Positions 30,401-38,462 of a stretch of DNA of 64,000 nucleotides are shown piece by piece. The first letter of the stretch is position 1. Each line of letters starts with the position of its first letter. The DNA comes from Armatimonadota bacterium (GTDB taxonomy: Bacteria; Armatimonadota; SYMT01), in NCBI GenBank assembly GCA_041690135.1, contig JAWLHY010000005.1, positions 371,261 to 435,260 of the forward strand, given 5' to 3'. A program made the translations under genes and the position numbers. The notes under the pieces are model-generated. The model was not told where the DNA came from. It made no database searches and saw only the letters and a list, made by a program, of their open reading frames with translations.

Positions 30401-33400
30401 GGCTCGACTGGGTTCAGACCGAGCGGGCGCGGCACGCCATCCGGGACTGGCTGCGCCGCTACCAGGTGTATGTGGCTGCCGGCGAGATTCCCGACATCCC
30501 GGGCCTACAGTTTGAGTGGGCGGTCCGGTCAGACATCCCCGAGAGAGAGCGAGCAGCAGTCCTCCGCGAATGCGGCCTCTTCATAGCCACATTCCGGCCG
30601 CCTGGGTTTGACTACTGGGAAGGGATCCGGGACGGAGATGTGTCGGTGGTCCGTGGCGCAGTAGGACAGCACCTTCCAGAGTTCGCTCTGGCCCGGCGGT
30701 TGGGACTCCGCTGCCTCATCTACCTGTATGACGATGTGGACGGCCGCAAACCCGCGGGAATGCTCACAGCGGAAACACTCTATCGCTGCGCTAATGTCTC
30801 AGAGTTGCGTGAGGCCATGCGCGGCGACTTCCAGGCGGCTGTGGCAAACCAATGGCCGCTAGAGGGGATTCGAGACGGACGAGAGCCCTTGCTCCGCGAC
30901 CTGTACCAAATGCTAGGGCTACCCCCACTACGCAGTGATCTGGAGACCTTCGAGCTCTCGAGGTTCGCTGGCGAGCGAGGATGGTTAGTCCAGGACTTGA
31001 ACCGTCCAAATCTGGCGATGCTGGTGTCCGCCGTGCGGGGTTTGCAGAAGGCACCCGCGGCCGTATGGGCGTTGCCACTGCCGCGAACGAACGTCGAGAA
31101 TGAACTTCTAAACCGCCTGGCAGGCTGGCTGCGCCAGGAACCGGCAAGCTCTCTGCGCGCGCTGCAGCGTTTTTGGGGAATGTGCGGTCGGGCGGCGCAG
31201 CAACCCACTGACGGGCGGGCGGTGGCGGGTTACCTTCTAGCGTTGGTGTGGTTGGGGCAACTAGTAGAGGGGAACTTTGGGAGGGCCGATCCCGCTCTGG
31301 TACTGTCCCCGCTGAATCCCCCCAACCTGCGCGATTTCCTCGTTCTCGTGGGGGGACGGCAGCCGGCGGCGCTCGATTTCCGCATTGCCGTGGATGGTGT
31401 GACAGTGGCGCACCTCCCCCGCCTTCGTCTCGACACACCCGAATCGGAGGTGAGGCGGCAGGCGCTGGAGGTTCCCGAGGTCGTTGAGCGTATCGTGAAC
31501 CGAAACGTCCGCTCTGTCGAGGTGAGCTTCGGGACTGGGGTGACAATTTCCACCGAGCCGGCATCCCACCCATCATTGACTGGATGCCGTGTCCTCTGGT
31601 GTGATCCCAAGCAAGACCGTGTCAATAGCAGGGAGATAAGCTGGCTCCAGCAACACGGCGCCGTGATTGCCCGCGTACCGCCCAGCCACGTTCAGCTAGC
31701 ATTAGGGAGTGGGCTTCCATACGACGCGCTGATTACGAGCATGGGCGGCGTGTTGCCAGAGGAAGATAGTCTGGGCCTTCATGTGGTTAGGATCGCGAGG
31801 CGGCTACGGCCGGAACTCCCGGTGATCCTGTTTACCCACCGCACCGTGCCATCGGTTCAGGAGGCCAGAGAGGCGGGAGTTGCGCTGATCACCCCCAAAG
31901 TTGAGGTGATCCTGCGGGAACTCCAAACGCTGGTCGACCGCCGAACCCCGACCCTGCCCGAGGATTCGGAGGGGTTCTACACGGAGCGCGGTCTTTGCGA
32001 CGTGATCGACCGGTACCAACTCCGGAGTGGGCGCCAGGAAGCCGACGCGGTGCTCACCCTGCTGCTGCTGTTCCGGACGGAGACGCAGCGGACGTGGTTG
32101 GCAACCACCCACCGGCATCTCTACATCTTGCTGGATGATGCGGAGACGCGCGCTACGGGACCGGATACGGAGCGCGTGATCCAGGAAGAACTGACGCTGA
32201 AGGAGGCCCAGCCCGTCTTCAGCAGCGAAGCACGGGAGTGGCTGGAAACGCGTCTTCTCCACATCGGCCGGGCGCGGAACTGGCATTACACGCTCTCCCT
32301 CCACCCGCGTGCGCAGGACCTCGAGGTGACTGTCCGCGAGTTGATTCTTAATGCGAGACACGGTGATCTTAACCCAACATACCGGCAGCTCTTGCTGCTG
32401 GCTGCCGAATACGAGGCCATCCAAGCGACACAAGAGGCCGGTGGCGAGCGCTCACGCCGTTCGGTATCGGTCTACAAGAGGATGCAGCGATCCAGCCAGG
32501 CAGCTGACAGGGCACTGCTTTCCCGCCTAGCTACCAGCGAGAGCCCGGGCGAACGGTTGGCGGCGGTAGCCATCCTTCAGGAGAAGCCAGCTTCGGAGTA
32601 TCTGCACTGGCTAGCTGCCCGCGTGCATGAGGACCAGGCGTTTATCGGGTATCAGGCCGCGCTGGCCCTAACCACGGCGGCCGAGGAACTCAATTCGGTC
32701 TACCTGGAAGAGGTAGGCACAAGCATCCGCTCGGCTCGGGATACACTGACCTCAGAGGTGAAGGCCGGCACTGACACGGATCGCTACCGCGTACTCGAGC
32801 GAGGACTCGAGGTCCTCGTACAGCGCGAGCGGCAGGATGAGGCGCGACAGCGAGAAGCGGACCTCTCGGACCTCGAACAGAAGCTGTGGAGCAGTGATCC
32901 CGAAGAGTGTCTGCGCATCGCGCGGATCCTGCTGGAGACGGAGCGTGCCGAGTCCGGCCGTTCGGCGTTGGTGTACCTGTTGGCGGCCAGCGACGAAACC
33001 ATTCGGCTCGAGGCGGCGCGCCTGCTTCTGCCTGGGCAGCACCAACCGGTAGCGCTGGAGGCGCTGGCGAGTTTGGCAGGGAGCGAGCAGGAGACGGTCC
33101 GCTATTACGCGGCGCAGCTCTTGTTAGAGACGAAGCTCGCCCCACTCGCAGTGGAGACACTCGGCTCGCTGCTCTCGAGCGAGAACACAAAGAACCGCCT
33201 GGAAGCCGCACGACTGTTGCTGAAGACCGATCTGGGTGCGGCGGCCCAGGACGTGCTGCGGAGAGTGTTTGACAGCGACGATGACTCCCTTCGCTTTGAG
33301 GCGGCGCGTCTGTTGGTGGAGACGGGGCATCACAACGCGGCGCTGAAAACGCTGCGTGGGCTGACAACGAGCGACCTCGCGTCGCTGCGCTCGGAAGCGG

Positions 33401-35712
33401 CGCAACTACTGGAGCGGTATCGCCCCGTACCGGCGCGAGAGGGCATGCGGAGAGCGCTGTGCGTGGGGATCGATGATTACCCCACCGCCCCGCTGGGGGG
33501 CTGCGTGGCCGACGCCCGGCTCTGGAGGGAGACGCTCGCCCGGCACCGCTTCACGGAGATCCAGACCCTCTTCAACGGTGAGGCCACCCGCGGCGCGATC
33601 CTGGACCGGCTCCGCGCGCTGATCGCCGTCAGTCGTCCGGGCGATACGGTAGTGTTCCAATTCGCCGGCCGTGGCACCCGGGTGCGTGCCCCGCACAACG
33701 ACGATGTCGACGTGCCGGCGGTAGACGAGGCACTGTGTGCTTACGATTGCGACACCGGCGGGCTACTGACTGACGAGGACCTGGATGAGGTGTTTCGAGC
33801 AGCTCCGGAAGGCATCAACATTACCTGCTTTTGGGACTGCAGCCACTCCGGAACGATTAGCCGCTTTGCTAGCGGAATTGCCCGGGTCACGGCGGCTGAG
33901 TCCAGCCGCTCCCTGGCGCTGACCCCCCAGGGGCAGGTAGCTCATCATAAGGTGCGTCTGGGGCGGATGGAAGCGCCCAGAGCCCCTGGTTGGAGGTCAC
34001 CGATCATATTCTCCGCATGCAGGTCGGATGAAGTGGCGCTCGAGAGCGGTGGGCAAGGGCACTTCACTCTGCGCGCTACCCGGGTGCTTTGGGACGGCAT
34101 CCGCGGGTTAACAAACGCAGGGCTGCACGAGGCGATCATTCGGAGCTTTGGGCCGGCCGCCCGCCAGCATCCGGTGCTCGATTGTGACCCTGAAGTGGTG
34201 AACCAGCCGCTGTTCGCACCGCCCACCGGACGCTCGGCGGGCGATGAGCACCCGTCATATGGTGCAGTTGACAGCAATGTAGTTCAGAAAACGTTGCTTG
34301 CCGTCGGGACCTACGACGCCTTCGTCAGTTACAGTTGCCACGACACGGCCTGGGTTACCGGCGAACTCTTGCCGCGTCTGAAGCTCGCCGGCCTGGATGT
34401 ATGGAGTTTCGCCGAGCGGACGACGGAGCCGGAGTTCACCGACCATGTGCGCCAGGGAGCGATCGCCGCTTCCCGGTGGCACCTGGTGGTGGTCACCCCA
34501 CGGCTGCGCGAAAGCCCGGGGGCGAACGCAGAGATCACCTATCGCCTGGAAGCCGGCCAGCAGCCCGCGCTAGTTCCGCTGCTGGTGGAAGAGTCCGAAC
34601 TGCCTCCGGCATTGGCTGGGTTGGAGTTCATCGACCTGCGTCACCCCCCGGAGTGGGGCCGACAGTTCGAGTTTCTCGCCACCCGCCTGCGGGGCGAACC
34701 TGGAGGGGTGATTTCGGAAGAGATTCTGGCTGCTCCGCACACCGAGGCTGGGGCCGTGCCGGAGAGCCAGGAGCCGCTGGGAGAGGCCTTCCAACGGGCC
34801 GAGGCCCTGGCACGAGAGTATACCGAGACACGCCGGAGAATGAAGGTTGGGGCAGATCGCACCCGAGCGATGTCTCGCATTGCGCAAGACATGCGAGCAC
34901 TTCCGCCCATCCTCCAGCCGTTGGTGTTCAACTGGAGCCGCAGCTCGAATGCCGGGGAACGGCTGCTGGCCATCGAACTGCTGGCTCAGTATCCGAACGC
35001 CGAGTTCCTGGACTGGCTCGCGGCACGCTCGGCGGAGGAGAAGCACTTCCCCGGTTACCGCGGCACGCTTGCCCTGGCGCGCGCAGCGGAACTCCTTCCA
35101 CCGGAACATGCAGCGCAACTGCGCGAAACGCTGGCCGTGGCGCGCGGAAATGCGGAGCGCTCCGGAGACCCCAACCAGGTGTCGGCGGTGGCAACGGCCG
35201 AGAGAGTGCTGGCGGTGCGGCTGAACCCAAGCCCGGACCCTCGGCTCGAGACCCCAGAGCACCAGTCGCAACCGCAACTCCCGGAGCTCACGAACGATCT
35301 CCCCGGCTACCGATCCGAAGCCACCGAATCGGTGCCAGATGCCATCGCGGACTCGCTGGTCGAGGACCTAGCCTACGAGCTCATTAACGAGGACCCGGAC
35401 GTGACCAGCGACATCGCGGAGTCGGGCGCAGTCGCTTTCGGCCCGGACGTCTGGCGCATTTCGGACGCCGGCTTCACCAATTCCGAGGGGACCGAGTTGA
35501 GCTTTCAGTTGAAGCTGTACCTCGAAGGCGAGGCGGAGGACCGTATGGTCGTCAGCACTACATTATTTGTGCAGCTAGACGTCTCCGCGGTCGTTGTCGG
35601 TGACAAATGGGAAGTCACGAACTGGTTCGTACTGGACCACCGCTTGGTCACTGAAGGCCCCATCGAGACATTCGGCGAGCCCGTAGAGGGCCCCTATCAC
35701 TCCGAAGAGTAG
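27397..35712 (+). CDS. 2771-aa vWA (SAV_2336-type N-terminus) multi-effector protein: vWA, 2x wHTH, DUF4062, TGS, receiver, HEAT repeats, caspase-like, TIR
   Basis: ELADVLWLA, DVEATLERI, LVVDTSASMAVW, LVLTDG (vWA); LSRNLDGQGPWL and LSHGLDGQTPWL; RVFVSAS..EAEY; GARVNGEAVPLSYQL..PSREWL; RALCVGIDDY; YDAFVSYS. Confidence 0.88.
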   Translation: MTAAGADKSPSAPESLIQLLDCLSGLETRLLAAELADVLWLAQRLPERQAPSRSGEAAEAPATEETESPRDSARSEAGSPDGTPAHTDADSGTNAEVGQERERPPGSVPPTDAGQPEDERIRLFPGRPNSPEQTGAGEMPSSSFQGTAARALPRTRQILRALRPLAGRVPSPRRDELEVDVEATLERITEGLLAARARSEASGAARRNRPIPRTPVLRPAEVRPYELHLVVDTSASMAVWEEAAGELAQLLVGLGSFSDVRVWYLDTQSGGEPPLYAGVRCGGGTQRGERRSGAELRGGGGSIPGAGARLVLVLTDGLGPAWWDGRALDLLASWADTGRVTLLQTLPERLWGRAVHGVPRWLVGAHEAGVPNRRLLTAPRPGVRSAAPANAPRYDRDPERVYVPVVALDPDPLHTWARLMTGRGGVWLPAFRMRLKSSPAQTVAPLEPVDPEEPETEAARAARMVREFRAGAPWEARRLAELFAAVGTLTIPVMRAIQDAMVAGSGLEALAEVLASGLLEAREAAGGTVYAFRGEQHGIALRQRLWQRASVPDTLRAMQTALNELQRSVGDFLAGMNAEGAAQPLQVLDPQGLQRLSADHALAPFAAVAAEYLESLGGQYVRSARTWQTGIALPPHQGDAGDPTSYSLNDLIALSRNLDGQGPWLQGKVPPIHLLTAAEKLGEPISAVMHRLGRFEARFELELPVLDDLELTALDEPLPNEADRIVLSHGLDGQTPWLHGRVGKEHLLAAAVQLREPVVTVRQRLERFAALFELELPAPGDPSPTQPLRVFVSASFRYCHQERRAILAELARRPEIVDTSWEALPADQRDRQHRLPVVAACDLFLLLPGEGPSAGLEAEYAAALEHGKTCLAYFHRDAAPLDETTREFWKRLRDRHGVRTYGSSEELIRQVSLDLDFELARLTGKVQEHPMEVVVLFSDGQCAALPVGVGVLDAAFHVDPELGLRMNGARVNGEAVPLSYQLRQRDQVELVTTPHSYPSREWLDWVQTERARHAIRDWLRRYQVYVAAGEIPDIPGLQFEWAVRSDIPERERAAVLRECGLFIATFRPPGFDYWEGIRDGDVSVVRGAVGQHLPEFALARRLGLRCLIYLYDDVDGRKPAGMLTAETLYRCANVSELREAMRGDFQAAVANQWPLEGIRDGREPLLRDLYQMLGLPPLRSDLETFELSRFAGERGWLVQDLNRPNLAMLVSAVRGLQKAPAAVWALPLPRTNVENELLNRLAGWLRQEPASSLRALQRFWGMCGRAAQQPTDGRAVAGYLLALVWLGQLVEGNFGRADPALVLSPLNPPNLRDFLVLVGGRQPAALDFRIAVDGVTVAHLPRLRLDTPESEVRRQALEVPEVVERIVNRNVRSVEVSFGTGVTISTEPASHPSLTGCRVLWCDPKQDRVNSREISWLQQHGAVIARVPPSHVQLALGSGLPYDALITSMGGVLPEEDSLGLHVVRIARRLRPELPVILFTHRTVPSVQEAREAGVALITPKVEVILRELQTLVDRRTPTLPEDSEGFYTERGLCDVIDRYQLRSGRQEADAVLTLLLLFRTETQRTWLATTHRHLYILLDDAETRATGPDTERVIQEELTLKEAQPVFSSEAREWLETRLLHIGRARNWHYTLSLHPRAQDLEVTVRELILNARHGDLNPTYRQLLLLAAEYEAIQATQEAGGERSRRSVSVYKRMQRSSQAADRALLSRLATSESPGERLAAVAILQEKPASEYLHWLAARVHEDQAFIGYQAALALTTAAEELNSVYLEEVGTSIRSARDTLTSEVKAGTDTDRYRVLERGLEVLVQRERQDEARQREADLSDLEQKLWSSDPEECLRIARILLETERAESGRSALVYLLAASDETIRLEAARLLLPGQHQPVALEALASLAGSEQETVRYYAAQLLLETKLAPLAVETLGSLLSSENTKNRLEAARLLLKTDLGAAAQDVLRRVFDSDDDSLRFEAARLLVETGHHNAALKTLRGLTTSDLASLRSEAAQLLERYRPVPAREGMRRALCVGIDDYPTAPLGGCVADARLWRETLARHRFTEIQTLFNGEATRGAILDRLRALIAVSRPGDTVVFQFAGRGTRVRAPHNDDVDVPAVDEALCAYDCDTGGLLTDEDLDEVFRAAPEGINITCFWDCSHSGTISRFASGIARVTAAESSRSLALTPQGQVAHHKVRLGRMEAPRAPGWRSPIIFSACRSDEVALESGGQGHFTLRATRVLWDGIRGLTNAGLHEAIIRSFGPAARQHPVLDCDPEVVNQPLFAPPTGRSAGDEHPSYGAVDSNVVQKTLLAVGTYDAFVSYSCHDTAWVTGELLPRLKLAGLDVWSFAERTTEPEFTDHVRQGAIAASRWHLVVVTPRLRESPGANAEITYRLEAGQQPALVPLLVEESELPPALAGLEFIDLRHPPEWGRQFEFLATRLRGEPGGVISEEILAAPHTEAGAVPESQEPLGEAFQRAEALAREYTETRRRMKVGADRTRAMSRIAQDMRALPPILQPLVFNWSRSSNAGERLLAIELLAQYPNAEFLDWLAARSAEEKHFPGYRGTLALARAAELLPPEHAAQLRETLAVARGNAERSGDPNQVSAVATAERVLAVRLNPSPDPRLETPEHQSQPQLPELTNDLPGYRSEATESVPDAIADSLVEDLAYELINEDPDVTSDIAESGAVAFGPDVWRISDAGFTNSEGTELSFQLKLYLEGEAEDRMVVSTTLFVQLDVSAVVVGDKWEVTNWFVLDHRLVTEGPIETFGEPVEGPYHSEE

Positions 35713-35759
35713 GTGGGCGGACGCAGTGCATACTGAACGAAAGGAGAGGTCGCAAAGAA

Positions 35760-36340
35760 TTATACCACTAGTAGTGCGTAAACCTCTGGCAAGGGGTAAA
35801 GCCGTCTCAAACGAATGTGTGCGTCCTCGGTTGTGAACCGCCAGACAGTACCGTTTCTCGGCCTGATTGCGTTCCTGCTGCCAGGCCGAGACTTCCCGCT
35901 GGTTGCCAGACCGAGACTTCCCGCTGGAGATGCTCCGGGACTGAGGTCCGCCGGTTCAGGCACTATTGGGACAGGATCGCCAATTCGCTCTCCGTTGTTG
36001 AGCCAACTGCCTTGGTTGGGCGTATAGTGGATCTCCAACTTCTGGTCCAGTCGCCACGCCTCGGTGGGCGCAAAGGCCTCGTAGAGCGACTCCACACTAT
36101 GCGTGTTCAGGTTGTCCATGTCTGCCACGAACTCACCGCTGTGCTCCGGCGGGGTGCACCACGGTTCATTCAACCAGAGTATTGGTTGGTTTCTTAGAAA
36201 CCTGACCTACGGCTTCTTGGGGGATATTGTCCAAATGCCTGAGGTAGACCATCCGCTCGGGCAACTACCGCAACGTCCATCGGGTGTACCTGTCCAGAAC
36301 TTCGCTACAGGCCGACGTGAGGGGTTACGCTTCCAGTTCG
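35760..36340 (-). mobile_element. degenerate IS630-family transposase remnant
   Basis: DNLNTHSVESLYEAFAPTEAWRL..EIHYTP..SWLN and WRFTTEDA..L.RLYP, plus an upstream RWTLR..VSKK-like piece. Deletions and frameshifts present. Confidence 0.82.
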
Positions 36341-36414
36341 TGACGGCCCGCTCTCTTAACCTCCCGTCAGATTCCGGTACGCTACAACAGAAGTGCCCGA
36401 GAAGGAGGCACAGA

Positions 36415-37212
36415 ATGCGCTGGTGGACCGTCTTCGCCCTGGTAGCGGCCTGGATTCCTGCGACCGCCGCCGCGCCCGCCCGCGGGGAAGTGACCCCGCT
36501 GGTCAACGCCCACGCCCATAACGACTACCTCCACCCTCGGCCGCTGGCGGACGCGCTGGACCAGGGCTTTTGCAGCGTGGAGGCGGACATCTTTCTGGTG
36601 GAGGGCCGGCTGCTGGTTGCCCACGAGCCCGCGCAGTTGCGTCCGGAGCGCACCCTGGAGGCGTTGTACCTGGAGCCGCTCCGCCGCCGGGTGCGCGAGC
36701 ACGGGGGCCGGGTCTATCCGGGCGGGCCGTCGCTGACCCTGCTGGTCGATATCAAGGGGGATGCGGACCGCACCTACGCCGTGCTGCGGCCCCTGCTGGC
36801 CCGGTACGCCGCCATGCTCACGCGGTTCGAGAACGGGAAGACGGTCGAAGGCGCCGTCACCGTGGTGCTCTCCGGCAACCGCCCCCGCCGGACCCTGGAG
36901 GCCGAAGCCCTCCGCTACGCCGCGATGGACGGGCGGCTGGAGGATCTCGGCAGCGGTGCGTCCCCCTCCCTGGTCCCGCTGGTGAGCGCCAACTGGCGGC
37001 TGCTCTTCACCTGGCGCGGCGACGGCGAGATCCCGGCGCCGGAGCGGGAGAAGCTGCGCGCCTACGTGGCCAGAGCCCACGCGGACCGGTACCGCCTGCG
37101 GTTCTGGGCTACGCCGGACACGACGGCCGCGTGGAAGGAGCTGGGGGACGCCGGCGTGGACCTGGTGAACACGGACGACCTGAAAGGCCTGGCCGAGTTC
37201 CTCCGCCGGTAG
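36415..37212 (+). CDS. secreted PLC-like/glycerophosphodiester phosphodiesterase family protein (AIM6-like)
   Basis: AAGGAGG RBS, signal peptide, AHAHNDY, SVEADI, LLVAH, LLVDIK, RFWATPD, VDLVNTD. Confidence 0.85.
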   Translation: MRWWTVFALVAAWIPATAAAPARGEVTPLVNAHAHNDYLHPRPLADALDQGFCSVEADIFLVEGRLLVAHEPAQLRPERTLEALYLEPLRRRVREHGGRVYPGGPSLTLLVDIKGDADRTYAVLRPLLARYAAMLTRFENGKTVEGAVTVVLSGNRPRRTLEAEALRYAAMDGRLEDLGSGASPSLVPLVSANWRLLFTWRGDGEIPAPEREKLRAYVARAHADRYRLRFWATPDTTAAWKELGDAGVDLVNTDDLKGLAEFLRR

Positions 37213-37546
37213 TCTTTCCGGAGGAGGAGCCACAGATTACACAGCGCGGCGGAGCCGCAATGGAGGGGACCTTCACCACGGAGCCACGGAGACACGGAGT
37301 AGATCACGGAGAGAAACGAGAAGGGGGCGGAGTTCGGCACCCAGTTGTCTACGAGAGGGATTGATCACGGTGCAGCACGGCTGATCCGGCGATGCAGTTT
37401 CACATGCGACGGCACCGAGACCGTCAGCCGGTTCTGTCTTGATCGAGTGGCGCGCCACCTCGATCTCTACCCGTGCTCGGGTAGGCCTCGGTTTCCTGAT
37501 GGGCGGACCTCTTGATCCGGCTCTGGGGAGGCGGCACGCAGGGGAA

Positions 37547-38200
37547 TCACGGCGCGGGGGCCACGAAGTACAACATCAAGACGTAGTGGCAGGCGCTGCC
37601 GCCGAGAACAAAGAGATGCCAGAGTTCGTGGGAACTGAACCTTCCCGGCCAGAGGCGAGGCCGCTGCGTGGCGAAGACCACCGTGCCGAGCGTGTAAACC
37701 ACACCGCCGGCGAGGAGCCAGTTAAGCGCGCCGGCGGGTAGGGTACGGGCCAAGGGCTCCCATGCCGTGACGGAGAGCCAGCCCATCACGAGGTAGAGCG
37801 CGACCGGCACCCACTGGGGGCACCCCCGCCACCCAACTCGCAGAGCGATGCCGAAGAGAGCGATGCCCCAGATGACCGCAAGGAGGGTCCAGCCCCACGG
37901 CCCGCGCAGCGGCACCAGGCAAAGCGGGGTGTAGGTGCCCGCAATCAACAGGTAGATGGCAACCTGATCGAACATCTGGAGGCGTTCCAGGCGCTGTGGA
38001 GTGCAGGGAAGCGAGTGGTAGAGGGTGCTGGCCGCATACAGGGTGATCATGCTGGTCCCGTAGATCAGAAAACCGATCAGGTGCCAGGGCTTGTTCCAGG
38101 AAAGAGCGGTCAGGATCAATAATCCGGCAATGGACAGCACCACCCCGCAGAAATGCGACCAGCCGCAGAACGGCTCTCTCACCCGCCAGCAACTCGCCAT
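37547..38200 (-). CDS. hemolysin III / PAQR family membrane protein
   Basis: EPFCGWSH, ASTLYHS, FDQVAIYLLIAGTYTP, HELWHLFVLGGSACHY. Confidence 0.9.
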   Translation of the reverse strand: MASCWRVREPFCGWSHFCGVVLSIAGLLILTALSWNKPWHLIGFLIYGTSMITLYAASTLYHSLPCTPQRLERLQMFDQVAIYLLIAGTYTPLCLVPLRGPWGWTLLAVIWGIALFGIALRVGWRGCPQWVPVALYLVMGWLSVTAWEPLARTLPAGALNWLLAGGVVYTLGTVVFATQRPRLWPGRFSSHELWHLFVLGGSACHYVLMLYFVAPAP

Positions 38201-38462
38201 CTTCCGACTCCTCCGCGACCGGCCACCCCCAACTTGTCCTCCCTCCTCTCGGAGGATTTGGGCCGGCTCCCGCACCTCTTACCCGACCGGGTTGTCAAGA
38301 AAACGGCACGGAATCGCTTTCCGCAATGAGCCATCGGCCGGCTCCGGGGTATAAAGGCGGTAAGGCTTCCGCTGGATCGGGTGGGATGCAGACCCCGTCT
38401 ACGGGGTATCCGAGGCTCCGCCAGAGCACGATCGCCTTCACAGCCCGACGAAAGCCTGATTC

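Noticed and set aside
30187-30462. Calling a relA/spoT gene or a toxic alarmone synthetase
   Set aside because: Only the TGS/helical segment is present; no synthetase or HD hydrolase motifs were found.
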